Below the pieces are notes generated by a model. It was not told the DNA's origin and did no database searches. It saw nothing but the letters and a program-made list of their open reading frames with translations. A stretch of DNA of 64,000 nt, from positions 124,001 to 188,000 of the IMG/VR virus record IMGVR_UViG_3300038465_000091. One strand, given 5' to 3'. How positions within the stretch are numbered: position 1 is the stretch's first letter; each line of letters starts with the position of its first letter. A program made the position numbers and the translations under genes. Shown here piece by piece: positions 1-7,112 of the stretch.

Positions 1-1
1 T

Positions 2-529
2 GCCCCCAACGACGACATTCCAGAAAGCATCGCTCTGGCACAGGTCCGTAGCGATTTGGAAAGCGAGCCTGAGCTTTTCAATCAGGATTGGCTCCAAGGA
101 CACATCGACGAGGTGCGCCTCCGTGACCATCTGTACTCAGACACGGAGGAAATGATCCGTGATTCCCCCGACTCTTATGGGTGGGTGCCCGGAGGCGGCG
201 AAGAACTCGTCCGCTTTAACGCCGAGGGTGAAGAAGAGGATGACGGCGAGTACGATTCGGCTGGTGAGCCCATTGTAGAGGAGACCGAACCCTCCGACGA
301 CTGGCTTGAAGAGAAGACCAATGAACTCCTCCGCTATCCCGTGCAATACCTGACGGACATGTTAGGCGAAGAGGACGGCATCAAACAGGCGATATCGATT
401 GCTGGGATCGACATTAACGCAGCGGCAGAAGAAGCGGTTGCAGCCGATGGCTGGCAGCACTTCCTGTCCCGTTATGACGGAAACTCGTACGATCTCGCTT
501 CTGGCGGGGTTTATTGGCGAGAAAATTAA
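2..529 (+). CDS. Hypothetical acidic phage protein, 5'-truncated by the window edge
   Basis: The frame of ORF 56..529 stays open back to position 2; its stop abuts the next ATG at 530. Confidence 0.7.
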   Translation, partial: APNDDIPESIALAQVRSDLESEPELFNQDWLQGHIDEVRLRDHLYSDTEEMIRDSPDSYGWVPGGGEELVRFNAEGEEEDDGEYDSAGEPIVEETEPSDDWLEEKTNELLRYPVQYLTDMLGEEDGIKQAISIAGIDINAAAEEAVAADGWQHFLSRYDGNSYDLASGGVYWREN

Positions 530-737
530 CATGAGCCAAATCAGTCCCGTCTACCACGTAAATCGTCATGGTGGTGCGGCCTGTGAGCACTGTTTGGGTA
601 TTGTCCGCTGCGCCTCGTGGTGCCTCACCAAGAACACTGAAATTTTCTACGCCTACGACATCCTTGTCCATCCAGAAACCCTGACCGAACAAGATAGAAT
701 TACTCTTCACGCTCTCGGCGTGCTTTGGACTAACTAA
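530..737 (+). CDS. Small hypothetical protein with CxxC motifs
   Basis: ATG at 530 directly after the upstream TAA, within track ORF 399..737; CEHC...C...C pattern. Confidence 0.6.
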
Positions 738-751
738 AATCCTCAAAAAGC

Positions 752-759
752 GGTATTAT
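752..759 (+). promoter_or_regulatory. Putative extended -10 element (GGTATTAT) upstream of the structured RNA at 764-1009
   Basis: The same GGTATTAT/GGTATAAT motif recurs at 3073, 6675, 7650, 10224 and 17847 in intergenic positions. Confidence 0.55.
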
Positions 760-763
760 CTAA

Positions 764-1009
764 TAGCTCCGGTGACCGTGGGCAGCAGCCGTTTCTGATT
801 CCGAAAGTATTCCCACGGGTGTATCTGACTTTGCCATGGGCAAAAGGGTTGCTGGTGCCCTCCGTGGTCGGTTCGCAAACACACCGTAAGCACCGCGATG
901 GGTCGAAAGCGAACTAGGCCCTCCTTGGTTTCAGGAATAGGCTGAGGCGTCGGCGGTGGTCAGGCGGTTGAGCCATGGTGACCGAGACGGAACTCCATGG
1001 CCGGAGCTA
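764..1009 (+). ncRNA. Putative structured non-coding RNA (~245 nt), class unknown
   Basis: Ends pair (TAGCTCCGG 764-772 / CCGGAGCTA 1001-1009). Internal stems: CCGTGGG/CCCACGG, GGTGC/GCACC, CCATGG/CCATGG. It starts just after a -10 box and has no credible ORF. Confidence 0.55.
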
Positions 1010-1024
1010 ATTTTAGGAGAAAGC

Positions 1025-1801
1025 ATGAATCTCAAGTTTTGGGAGTGGTTTAAGAAAAAACAGGAGACCGATCCAACTCTCCTCGATCCTTTCGAAGGCA
1101 GCGTACTCAAAGAGTATCAGGATGCCGTAGGAATACGGCGTATCCCGATGCAGGTCACTGATCGCCACGATCTCACCACGAGTGAAGTCGCCAACCCCGA
1201 CCTCGGTAAAGATGATGCCGAGACTCTCAAGAAGAAACTCAAGTCCGGCATCCACCAGTCTGTTATGACTGGTCCCGATACGCACAGAGTCAGCGGCGTG
1301 CGAGTAATATCGGAAGAGGGCGGCACTGTCGAGGTCATCAAAAAGATCGACAAGTCCAAGCTGTACGAACTTGGCTATGACATTACGGAAGAAAATGAAA
1401 CTTTCGTGAAGAACCTTGGATTAGAGCCTGAACCTTCGCTTTTCCTCGGACTCTCTCAAATACGGAAAAACGTGGAAGGTACGTCAGAGGAAGAGCGACT
1501 TCATTCAGAAGGCGTTGACTTCCATCACTACTCAGGTAAGCCTGCAAATCGTCCTTCGGAAATGCAGCCCAATGAACTAATGGGGGGTTCGGAGCCAGCC
1601 GAATCGTATCCGACTGCCGTGGCTGAACTTGTTGTGCCTGAACTGGAAGAAAGCATCAAGGCCAGAATTGAGGCATTCCACGCTGGAGCCAAGAATCATG
1701 ACCCCTCGTGCCCATGCTACGAGCATTGCATGGAGCATATCGACAAGTTGGGTCAGGAGTACGACTGCTTCCACGTCTGTAACTGCAAAGGGAAACAATG
1801 A
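1025..1801 (+). CDS. Hypothetical protein with C-terminal Cys/His cluster
   Basis: AGGAGA RBS at 1015-1020, ATG at 1025 in frame with track ORF 956..1801. Confidence 0.7.
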   Translation: MNLKFWEWFKKKQETDPTLLDPFEGSVLKEYQDAVGIRRIPMQVTDRHDLTTSEVANPDLGKDDAETLKKKLKSGIHQSVMTGPDTHRVSGVRVISEEGGTVEVIKKIDKSKLYELGYDITEENETFVKNLGLEPEPSLFLGLSQIRKNVEGTSEEERLHSEGVDFHHYSGKPANRPSEMQPNELMGGSEPAESYPTAVAELVVPELEESIKARIEAFHAGAKNHDPSCPCYEHCMEHIDKLGQEYDCFHVCNCKGKQ

Positions 1802-2175
1802 CGATCAAGGGGACCTTGCACTTGTATAGCGAGACGGGAACCGAAGGCGGCTATTGGGCGATTCAGGATGAGCGGTTCATTCAACCGCCGACCGAGGAAT
1901 GGCCGCATGAGCGGTGGTCCTACGACGGTCTACATGCTCTCAACGACGGCGACCACCTGAAAATTTTCCATCCTGACGGCACGCTCCTGTGGGAAGGTGA
2001 AATCAAACTGAAAAAGTATCCCGCCTTTACGGAAGCGGTAGATATCCACGATGAAAGCGCGAACGTAAACCTCGGGCTGTGGATTCACGCCGATCAAATT
2101 GGAATGAGCCGCCACGATTGGGCGTATCCATTCTTGAAGCAGTATCAAGGGGAGTTAACGGAACATGGAAAATGA
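1798..2175 (+). CDS. Hypothetical phage protein
   Basis: ATGA overlap with the upstream gene; 125 aa. Confidence 0.7.
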   Translation: MTIKGTLHLYSETGTEGGYWAIQDERFIQPPTEEWPHERWSYDGLHALNDGDHLKIFHPDGTLLWEGEIKLKKYPAFTEAVDIHDESANVNLGLWIHADQIGMSRHDWAYPFLKQYQGELTEHGK

Positions 2176-2314
2176 CGGCTACGATCCGATGGGTTCTTGT
2201 TTCCTGTTCGACTACGATCCCGTTGCCGCAGGATTGAACGTGGTGCCCTACGTCGAGAAGCCCGCAGAATTTACTGAGAAGGACAAGCAATGGCTCAACG
2301 ACACGCTGAAGTGA
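2165..2314 (+). CDS. Small hypothetical protein (49 aa, MENDGYDP...DTLK)
   Basis: Translated by hand; fills the gap between flanking genes with short overlaps. Confidence 0.45.
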   Translation: MENDGYDPMGSCFLFDYDPVAAGLNVVPYVEKPAEFTEKDKQWLNDTLK

Positions 2315-2568
2315 AAAAACAAAAACTGGTCACTGTAGAGCAATACGTCACTCATCATCTGGGGCGTCCCAGCATGACATACGACCGTCCGAAGACGTAT
2401 GCCCAAGTCCGCAAGATGAGGCGGGAGCTTGCCAAACATAACATAGCGGTTAGCTGCGGGCGACGTTATGTCTACGTCAGTCCGCTGGACTGGGAGGGCC
2501 TCATTCCCCGTAATTTTACTAGCGTTGCCGATCAGATCGTGTTCGATAATGGTGGAGGTTGTCAGTGA
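2311..2568 (+). CDS. Hypothetical basic protein
   Basis: GTG at 2311 overlaps the upstream TGA; within track ORF 2290..2568. Confidence 0.55.
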   Translation: MKKQKLVTVEQYVTHHLGRPSMTYDRPKTYAQVRKMRRELAKHNIAVSCGRRYVYVSPLDWEGLIPRNFTSVADQIVFDNGGGCQ

Positions 2569-2825
2569 TGCACGCATGGCTGGTAATTCGACACAACGAG
2601 TCCGAGTACATCGAGAAGTTCAGACTGTTTTCGGACAGCAAGACCGCGTATGCATTCGCACGTTTCTGGGGATACGAAGACCCGTTTGGAATGGGCGATG
2701 ATGATCGCCCGGGAATGATGAACACTTATCAGGCGGGCGACGTACACATCGGCGTCATCCATTTGGAGACCACGCCACGCCATATTCCTGCGGAGGAACG
2801 GCATGAAAAATTCTGGGCTAAGTAG
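2565..2825 (+). CDS. Hypothetical protein
   Basis: GGAGG RBS at 2554-2558; GTG/ATG at 2565/2568; ends in TAG. Confidence 0.6.
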   Translation: MMHAWLVIRHNESEYIEKFRLFSDSKTAYAFARFWGYEDPFGMGDDDRPGMMNTYQAGDVHIGVIHLETTPRHIPAEERHEKFWAK

Positions 2826-2953
2826 AGCATTGTGGTTGGCGTGGCACCCGCTTGAGCTTCTGCATCTCATCCTCGGCTCGATTATCATTCTCTTGATGAT
2901 TGTGATTTCCTATGTGAGAGAGGCCATCGACGAGGCTAAGAAATGACTTTCTG

Positions 2954-3032
2954 TTGCAGCGGTTTCGAGTACCCCGATACGTGCATTGACTGCGGCAACC
3001 CCGGCGGCAACCAAAGGTCGAAACCGCCGCAA
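2954..3032. repeat. 15-bp inverted repeat (one mismatch) upstream of the Pth-like gene promoter
   Basis: TTGCAGCGGTTTCGA (2954-2968) versus TCGAAACCGCCGCAA (3018-3032). Confidence 0.7.
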
Positions 3033-3052
3033 AATAATTAGAAAAATAGTTG

Positions 3053-3080
3053 TTGCAAATTTCTCAACTACTGGTATTAT
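3053..3080 (+). promoter_or_regulatory. Sigma70-like promoter
   Basis: TTGCAA (3053-3058), 16-nt spacer, TATTAT (3075-3080); AGGAG RBS at 3087-3091. Confidence 0.6.
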
Positions 3081-3099
3081 GTCTTTAGGAGCTACTCAA

Positions 3100-3540
3100 A
3101 TGCGTAAGATCGATGAAGGCAACATCACGGGTCTCTAGGTTTCACAGCAGCAACCAGCGTACTTCTTCCTTTTCGTCCGTCAAGACATCTCCCTAGCACA
3201 GCAATTAGTCCAAAGCAACCACGCCACGTTTGAAATGGCGAAGCGTTTGCCGTCCGATTACGATCAAACCCCAAATCTCATCCTTGTCGGCGTGCCCGAT
3301 AAGTCAGCTTTATTCCGTGTTATCAACAAGTTAAATGACAATGCCATCGGCCATGAAGTGTTCTATGAGCCCGATGACAACCTCGGGTTGACCGCAGTCG
3401 CGACCTACCCGCTCACGCAGGAGCAGCGTCGTGCGCTTTCCAACTATCGGTTGTGGAAGTCCGACGTTGCCCCTGCACCACAAACCATCGTGCCGCAATT
3501 CAAAGAACAATTCAAGGAGGCATCAGCCTGTGAAATCTAA
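3100..3540 (+). CDS. Peptidyl-tRNA hydrolase (Pth2-like) with an in-frame amber (TAG) at codon 13
   Basis: RBS + ATG 3100: MRKIDEGNITGL-TAG(3136-3138)-VSQQQPAYFFLFVRQDISLAQQLVQSNHATFEMAKRL... in frame with track ORF 3235..3540. The FVRQD...Q..HA, LILVGVPD and TAVA segments match the PTH2 fold pattern. Confidence 0.75.
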
Positions 3541-4174
3541 AGAACTAATTCGGCTTTTGCAAGAGGAAGACCCGACTGGCGAAACAGAAGTCAGCGTCGG
3601 CAACCACGATATTTTCGAGCTTCGCACGGAGCCCGCATACTGGGACGGCAAGCTGCAACTTTTGATTCGTGATCCAGCGAAAGCTCCGTATTACGACATA
3701 GTGGGCGGCAAGTATTGCACGGCAGGCAGCAAGATCGTCATCAACGCCATGAGCATCAGCGATGTGCTGTGGCAGGACCCTGACGCCACTGTGGACTACT
3801 CGGAACTTGGGCAGTACGCCGACAAGTACCGCGAGGCCGATGAGAAGACACGGCGGGCATCCCGTGACGTGACGCTCAAGGTAGGGATGGACGCCTTCTA
3901 TCGTTGGGTAAAGTCGAAGGCGGAAGCGATTCGCCCGGGTGACACGGATTGCCGCAGCGGAGCGGATTACTTCTTCGAAAAGCATTTGCATGTGGACGAC
4001 CCATTGAAGGAATTGCCGAAACAGAAGCACGTAGATTCGACTGGCAAGGAATACGAATGTTGGCCGAGCGTTAACGACCGCCGTGAGTCAGGTTGGGATG
4101 ATCGCATCGAGGTCTACTGGCGTGGCGGCTGGGGTATCAAGATGAAAGACGGCTCCGCTGTCGAAGGGGAATAA
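3530..4174 (+). CDS. Hypothetical phage protein
   Basis: AGGAGG RBS at 3515-3520, GTG at 3530, in track ORF 3431..4174. Confidence 0.75.
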   Translation: MKSKELIRLLQEEDPTGETEVSVGNHDIFELRTEPAYWDGKLQLLIRDPAKAPYYDIVGGKYCTAGSKIVINAMSISDVLWQDPDATVDYSELGQYADKYREADEKTRRASRDVTLKVGMDAFYRWVKSKAEAIRPGDTDCRSGADYFFEKHLHVDDPLKELPKQKHVDSTGKEYECWPSVNDRRESGWDDRIEVYWRGGWGIKMKDGSAVEGE

Positions 4175-4180
4175 GTTTGC

Positions 4181-4270
4181 GGGCGATAAAAGGCGTCGAG
4201 ATCGTGCTTGCTGGATTGCTACGGCGAGCGTGATTGAAGTGCTGGGTGCTGAAAGGTGCCACGCCCACCA
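4181..4270 (+). ncRNA. CCA-ended tRNA-like RNA A (90 nt; acceptor-like stem, long hairpin, GAAA-capped stem)
   Basis: GGGCG/CGCCC-A-CCA ends; internal hairpin ATCGTGCTTGCT...GGCGAGCGTGAT; 3' half homologous to RNA B (5158-5207). Confidence 0.55.
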
Positions 4271-4271
4271 T

Positions 4272-4353
4272 ACGCGGGTAGCTCAGGTGGAGTTTCAGAG
4301 CGTCGGGACGCAAGTCTCGAAGGTCGGTGGTTCGAGTCCGCCCCCGCGTACCA
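4272..4353 (+). tRNA. tRNA-like RNA T1 whose anticodon loop is replaced by a GCAA tetraloop
   Basis: Acceptor ACGCGGG/CCCGCGT-A-CCA, D stem GCTC/GAGC, T arm GGTGG-TTCGAGT-CCGCC; anticodon arm TCGGGAC-GCAA-GTCTCGA. Confidence 0.8.
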
Positions 4354-4381
4354 AGTTTGCTCTTGAGAGCACTAGCGTTTG

Positions 4382-4389
4382 AGTATTAG
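4382..4389 (+). promoter_or_regulatory. AGTATTAG motif, candidate phage-specific promoter element
   Basis: Identical octamer at 4382, 5559, 9139 and 26745, each a short distance upstream of an ORF start. Confidence 0.4.
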
Positions 4390-4394
4390 ATTGT

Positions 4395-5033
4395 ATGACA
4401 AGAAATTTACTGATTACTGCACCGCCGTTCAAAGTGGAAGCATCAATGAAACAACTGGGTTCCAACTTACGTACAGCACGAATTCGACGCGAACTGACGA
4501 TAAAGCAGGTCGCTGAAAGTATAGGGACAGGACCACGCGCCGTCATGGATGCCGAAAAAGGAAAATCCACCACGGGATTAGTTGTTTACACCGCACTTCT
4601 TTGGAAGTATCTACTATTGGATAAAATGCACGAATTAGCCGATCCCCTTCGAGATGAAATCGGGCTTATCTGTGCCTCTAAGCGGGAACCAAAGCGTGCA
4701 ACACGTGCACGTGGAGTTGAAGAGGTGGGTGTCCCGAGCGTGTATTTTATAGGCGACACAAAGCGAGGCATTGTTAAAATTGGAAAATCCAATAAGCCCG
4801 TCAACCGTTTTGAAAGTCTTCAAGCGGCCAATGCGGGGCCGTTGCAACTATTGGCTGAGCTACCCTTTGAAACGGATCATGCCGCTTGGACCGCCGAAAG
4901 CGAACTGCACGCCAAATACAAATACCTCAATACCCACGGTGAGTGGTTTCGATTGGATTCGAGCCTGAACGAGGAAATTCTGGGTATTCGAGCGCGGAGT
5001 TTAAGGAGAGCAGATTTTGTAAGGCCCGAGTAG
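4395..5033 (+). CDS. XRE-type HTH fused to a T5orf172/MUG113-like GIY-YIG nuclease domain
   Basis: N-terminal LRTARIRRELTIKQVAESIG HTH; C-terminal VYFIG...VKIGKS..P..R...LQ......LQLL...E..LH......HGEWF. Its TAG stop lies inside T2. Confidence 0.75.
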   Translation: MTRNLLITAPPFKVEASMKQLGSNLRTARIRRELTIKQVAESIGTGPRAVMDAEKGKSTTGLVVYTALLWKYLLLDKMHELADPLRDEIGLICASKREPKRATRARGVEEVGVPSVYFIGDTKRGIVKIGKSNKPVNRFESLQAANAGPLQLLAELPFETDHAAWTAESELHAKYKYLNTHGEWFRLDSSLNEEILGIRARSLRRADFVRPE

Positions 5034-5114
5034 CTCAGTGTTAGAGCGCCTGTGCAACGCCCGCAAGGGCTACGCCACAGGAGGTCGGTGGTTCGATTCC
5101 ATCCTCGGGTACCA
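5024..5114 (+). tRNA. tRNA-like RNA T2 with a 21-nt hairpin-containing insert in place of the anticodon loop
   Basis: Acceptor GCCCGAG/CTCGGGT-A-CCA with normal D and T arms; stem CCTGTG/CACAGG encloses CAAC-GCCC-GCAA-GGGC-TACGC. Confidence 0.8.
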
Positions 5115-5157
5115 AGTTTGTATGGCGTAGAAGACGAATGTCTTTTATAAAATACAC

Positions 5158-5207
5158 GGGCGGTAGAGCAGCGCAAGCTGGGTGCCGCAAGGCATCACCG
5201 CCCACCA
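5158..5207 (+). ncRNA. 50-nt CCA-ended tRNA minihelix-like RNA B
   Basis: Perfect 7-bp GGGCGGT/ACCGCCC + ACCA; GGTGCC-GCAA-GGCATC stem at the T-arm position; small GC-GCAA-GC hairpin. Confidence 0.65.
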
Positions 5208-5212
5208 AGTTT

Positions 5213-5361
5213 GGGGAGTTCGCTAGGCGAAAACTTAGTAGGTGATATCGCCGAACGGTCAGTAACCGATAGGTGTGAGGCCAGCGGCGTAGTCGCCTTT
5301 AGCGAGGCTTGGCTGAAAAGCGACGAGACTGCGAGGGGTTCGAATCCTCTACTCCCCACCA
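5213..5361 (+). ncRNA. 149-nt tRNA-like RNA C with an expanded central domain
   Basis: Acceptor GGGGAGT/ACTCCCC-A-CCA; T arm AGGGG-TTCGAAT-CCTCT; internal stems CGGT/ACCG and GTCGC/GCGAC; no 7-nt anticodon loop found. Confidence 0.7.
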
Positions 5362-5384
5362 ATTTTTGTGGTAGAATACATTAT

Positions 5385-5460
5385 GCGCCCGTAGCTTAGC
5401 GGTTAAAAGCAGTCGTCTCTAAAACGATGATCGTCGGTTCGAATCCGACTGGGCGCACCA
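5385..5460 (+). tRNA. Amber suppressor tRNA (anticodon CTA)
   Basis: Canonical 76-nt cloverleaf: GCGCCCG/TGGGCGC-A-CCA; anticodon arm GTCGT-CT-CTA-AA-ACGAT (CTA at 5419-5421); T arm GTCGG-TTCGAAT-CCGAC. Confidence 0.85.
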
Positions 5461-5463
5461 AAT

Positions 5464-5543
5464 GGGCGAGTAGCTCAGTGAAAGAGCGGCTTCCGTTCTA
5501 GAACGGAAGAGGGTCGGTGGTTTAAGTCCATCCTCGCCCACCA
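5464..5543 (+). tRNA. tRNA-like RNA T3 with an extended palindromic anticodon arm
   Basis: Acceptor GGGCGAG/CTCGCCC-A-CCA; the anticodon arm is the perfect 20-nt palindrome CTTCCGTTCTAGAACGGAAG; T loop TTTAAGT. Confidence 0.75.
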
Positions 5544-5622
5544 ATTTCCCCAAACCTCAGTATTAGGTAAGAGCGACCCTAACGGGCGTGTATCAATTTT
5601 CAAGAAACTGAGGAAACGTTCC

Positions 5623-6201
5623 ATGAAAATCCTAAGCTGTGCCCAAGGCTGTCTTAATGGCCTCGACAGACTTGCTCTCGCCTTTGGCTATCTAGCCGAA
5701 CCACCAACCAACAACTCAATTCAAAGCCAGACTGTTTATGAAGTTCATCGCCTCTCCTGTGATGAGTGTGATTCAATTGAACGTAACGTGGGGGGCAACT
5801 GTGAACGCTGCGAAGAAGGTAAAATCCTTGTTCGTCAAGCAGATAACTCGGCTAAGAAAGATCGAGTCAAATATCCGCACTCCGACGAACCTTCAGTGCG
5901 CGGCGAAGTCTGTCAATACGTACTTTTCAATCCGCAAGATTTCTACTACTATCTGTACAACTATGGCAAAGGCTTCTTAAATCATTTTGATCGGGAGACT
6001 CAACAAAAACTTGTTCGTCGGGGCGTCGTCGGATACTTGTGGGGAGCGACCGTGCTGCTGGATCGTGGTGTTCCTCGGGGGTACATCTGCCTCTCACCGG
6101 ACATCCGCGAGAAAGCCCTAACCTCGAAGCAGTCGATCCTGATTGACGGCGGCTTCATAGAACTGAAAAGCATGAAATATACGCTTGAAGATTATGCCTA
6201 A
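5623..6201 (+). CDS. Cys-rich N-terminus fused to a fragment paralogous to the major capsid protein
   Basis: LFNPQD...FDRETQQKLVRRGVVGYLWGATVLLDRGVPRGYICLSPD aligns by eye with FFNPRD...IDRETQRKLLKTGVMGYLWGATLLQSRKVGYGCIYILAD in 46489..47448. Confidence 0.8.
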   Translation: MKILSCAQGCLNGLDRLALAFGYLAEPPTNNSIQSQTVYEVHRLSCDECDSIERNVGGNCERCEEGKILVRQADNSAKKDRVKYPHSDEPSVRGEVCQYVLFNPQDFYYYLYNYGKGFLNHFDRETQQKLVRRGVVGYLWGATVLLDRGVPRGYICLSPDIREKALTSKQSILIDGGFIELKSMKYTLEDYA

Positions 6202-6363
6202 GAAGCCGACATTCGGACAGCAGATGGAAGCGATGCTCGTGCTGGGCTGCGTGGTCTGGCTCGTCATCGGGATCGCCAGTGACGTTTTGAATTTCATCAT
6301 GCGTCACTGGACGATTTTCTCGCCTCTTTCCATTCTCCTTGATTTGGTGGTATATTAAACGAG

Positions 6364-6621
6364 ATGGCAAAAATCAATAAGAAGACCAAGACCTGCGGTA
6401 GCACCACCTGCGTCGGCTGCCTGCCGCCGAAGAAGTTCGTATTCAAGATTGAGGGGAGCTTTGAGCTTCCAGCTTTCTGGACTGCGGACGCCGCCGAAGT
6501 GATACTGACAAAGGCTCTCGATCAGGGGTTGAACCTCATCGTCGAGGGGCGTTGCAGTAATAGCATCGAATACGCCGCTTACGTTTTCGAGGACAAAGAT
6601 GCCGACTCCAGCTTCCGTTGA
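6364..6621 (+). CDS. Hypothetical protein
   Basis: 85-aa ORF; ATG 7 nt after a TATATT box, possibly leaderless. Confidence 0.6.
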   Translation: MAKINKKTKTCGSTTCVGCLPPKKFVFKIEGSFELPAFWTADAAEVILTKALDQGLNLIVEGRCSNSIEYAAYVFEDKDADSSFR

Positions 6622-6713
6622 GATAATGCAGTACGCATAGTCCAAAATTCCTATCGATTCTGATCCATTTTTGGGTATAATAGTCTTTCAGGCTCTTCTA
6701 TAGGGGATACCTT

Positions 6714-7109
6714 ATGCATGGAACTGGCGATGTCTTAGGCGATCTGCTCAAGATCGCGGCAATGAACAAGGCGCAGATCGAGAAGCTCCTTGAACATTGG
6801 CAGATGGTGCAGCAAAAGAACCCCCCATCATCTGGGGAATGGCAAGACGCCTCAAAGCGAATCCACGAATTGGCCGAAATTCAACGACTCGTCACCGATG
6901 CGCTCAAGAACCCTTTTGGGAAGCCCGACTACAAGTTCGTCAACCTCGAAGAGGTCTCCGCTCTTTTCAAGCGTCAGATCGAGCGGCTGGGTTGCACCGA
7001 TGTCAAAATAGCGGCCACTTTGAATCACGACGCTATTGACATCGAAGCTCGCTTTACACCCCCGCCATCCCCAATTGTTATCAGTTTCACGGTTGAACCG
7101 AAGGAGTAA
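6714..7109 (+). CDS. Hypothetical protein
   Basis: 131-aa ORF downstream of a GGTATAAT box at ~6675. Confidence 0.65.
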   Translation: MHGTGDVLGDLLKIAAMNKAQIEKLLEHWQMVQQKNPPSSGEWQDASKRIHELAEIQRLVTDALKNPFGKPDYKFVNLEEVSALFKRQIERLGCTDVKIAATLNHDAIDIEARFTPPPSPIVISFTVEPKE

Positions 7110-7112
7110 CCC

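Noticed and set aside
795-815. Hammerhead ribozyme core (CTGA...GAAA) in the 764-1009 RNA
   Set aside because: The CUGANGA consensus is incomplete and no stem II lies between CTGA and GAAA.
5213-5361. Calling RNA C a tmRNA (ssrA)
   Set aside because: It has G3-C70 rather than G3-U70, is only 149 nt, and contains no stop-terminated tag ORF. Kept only as a tRNA-like RNA.
5464-5543. Calling T3 a second amber or quadruplet suppressor
   Set aside because: CTA/CTAG is central, but the arm is fully self-complementary and longer than a normal anticodon arm, so a 7-nt loop geometry cannot be assumed.
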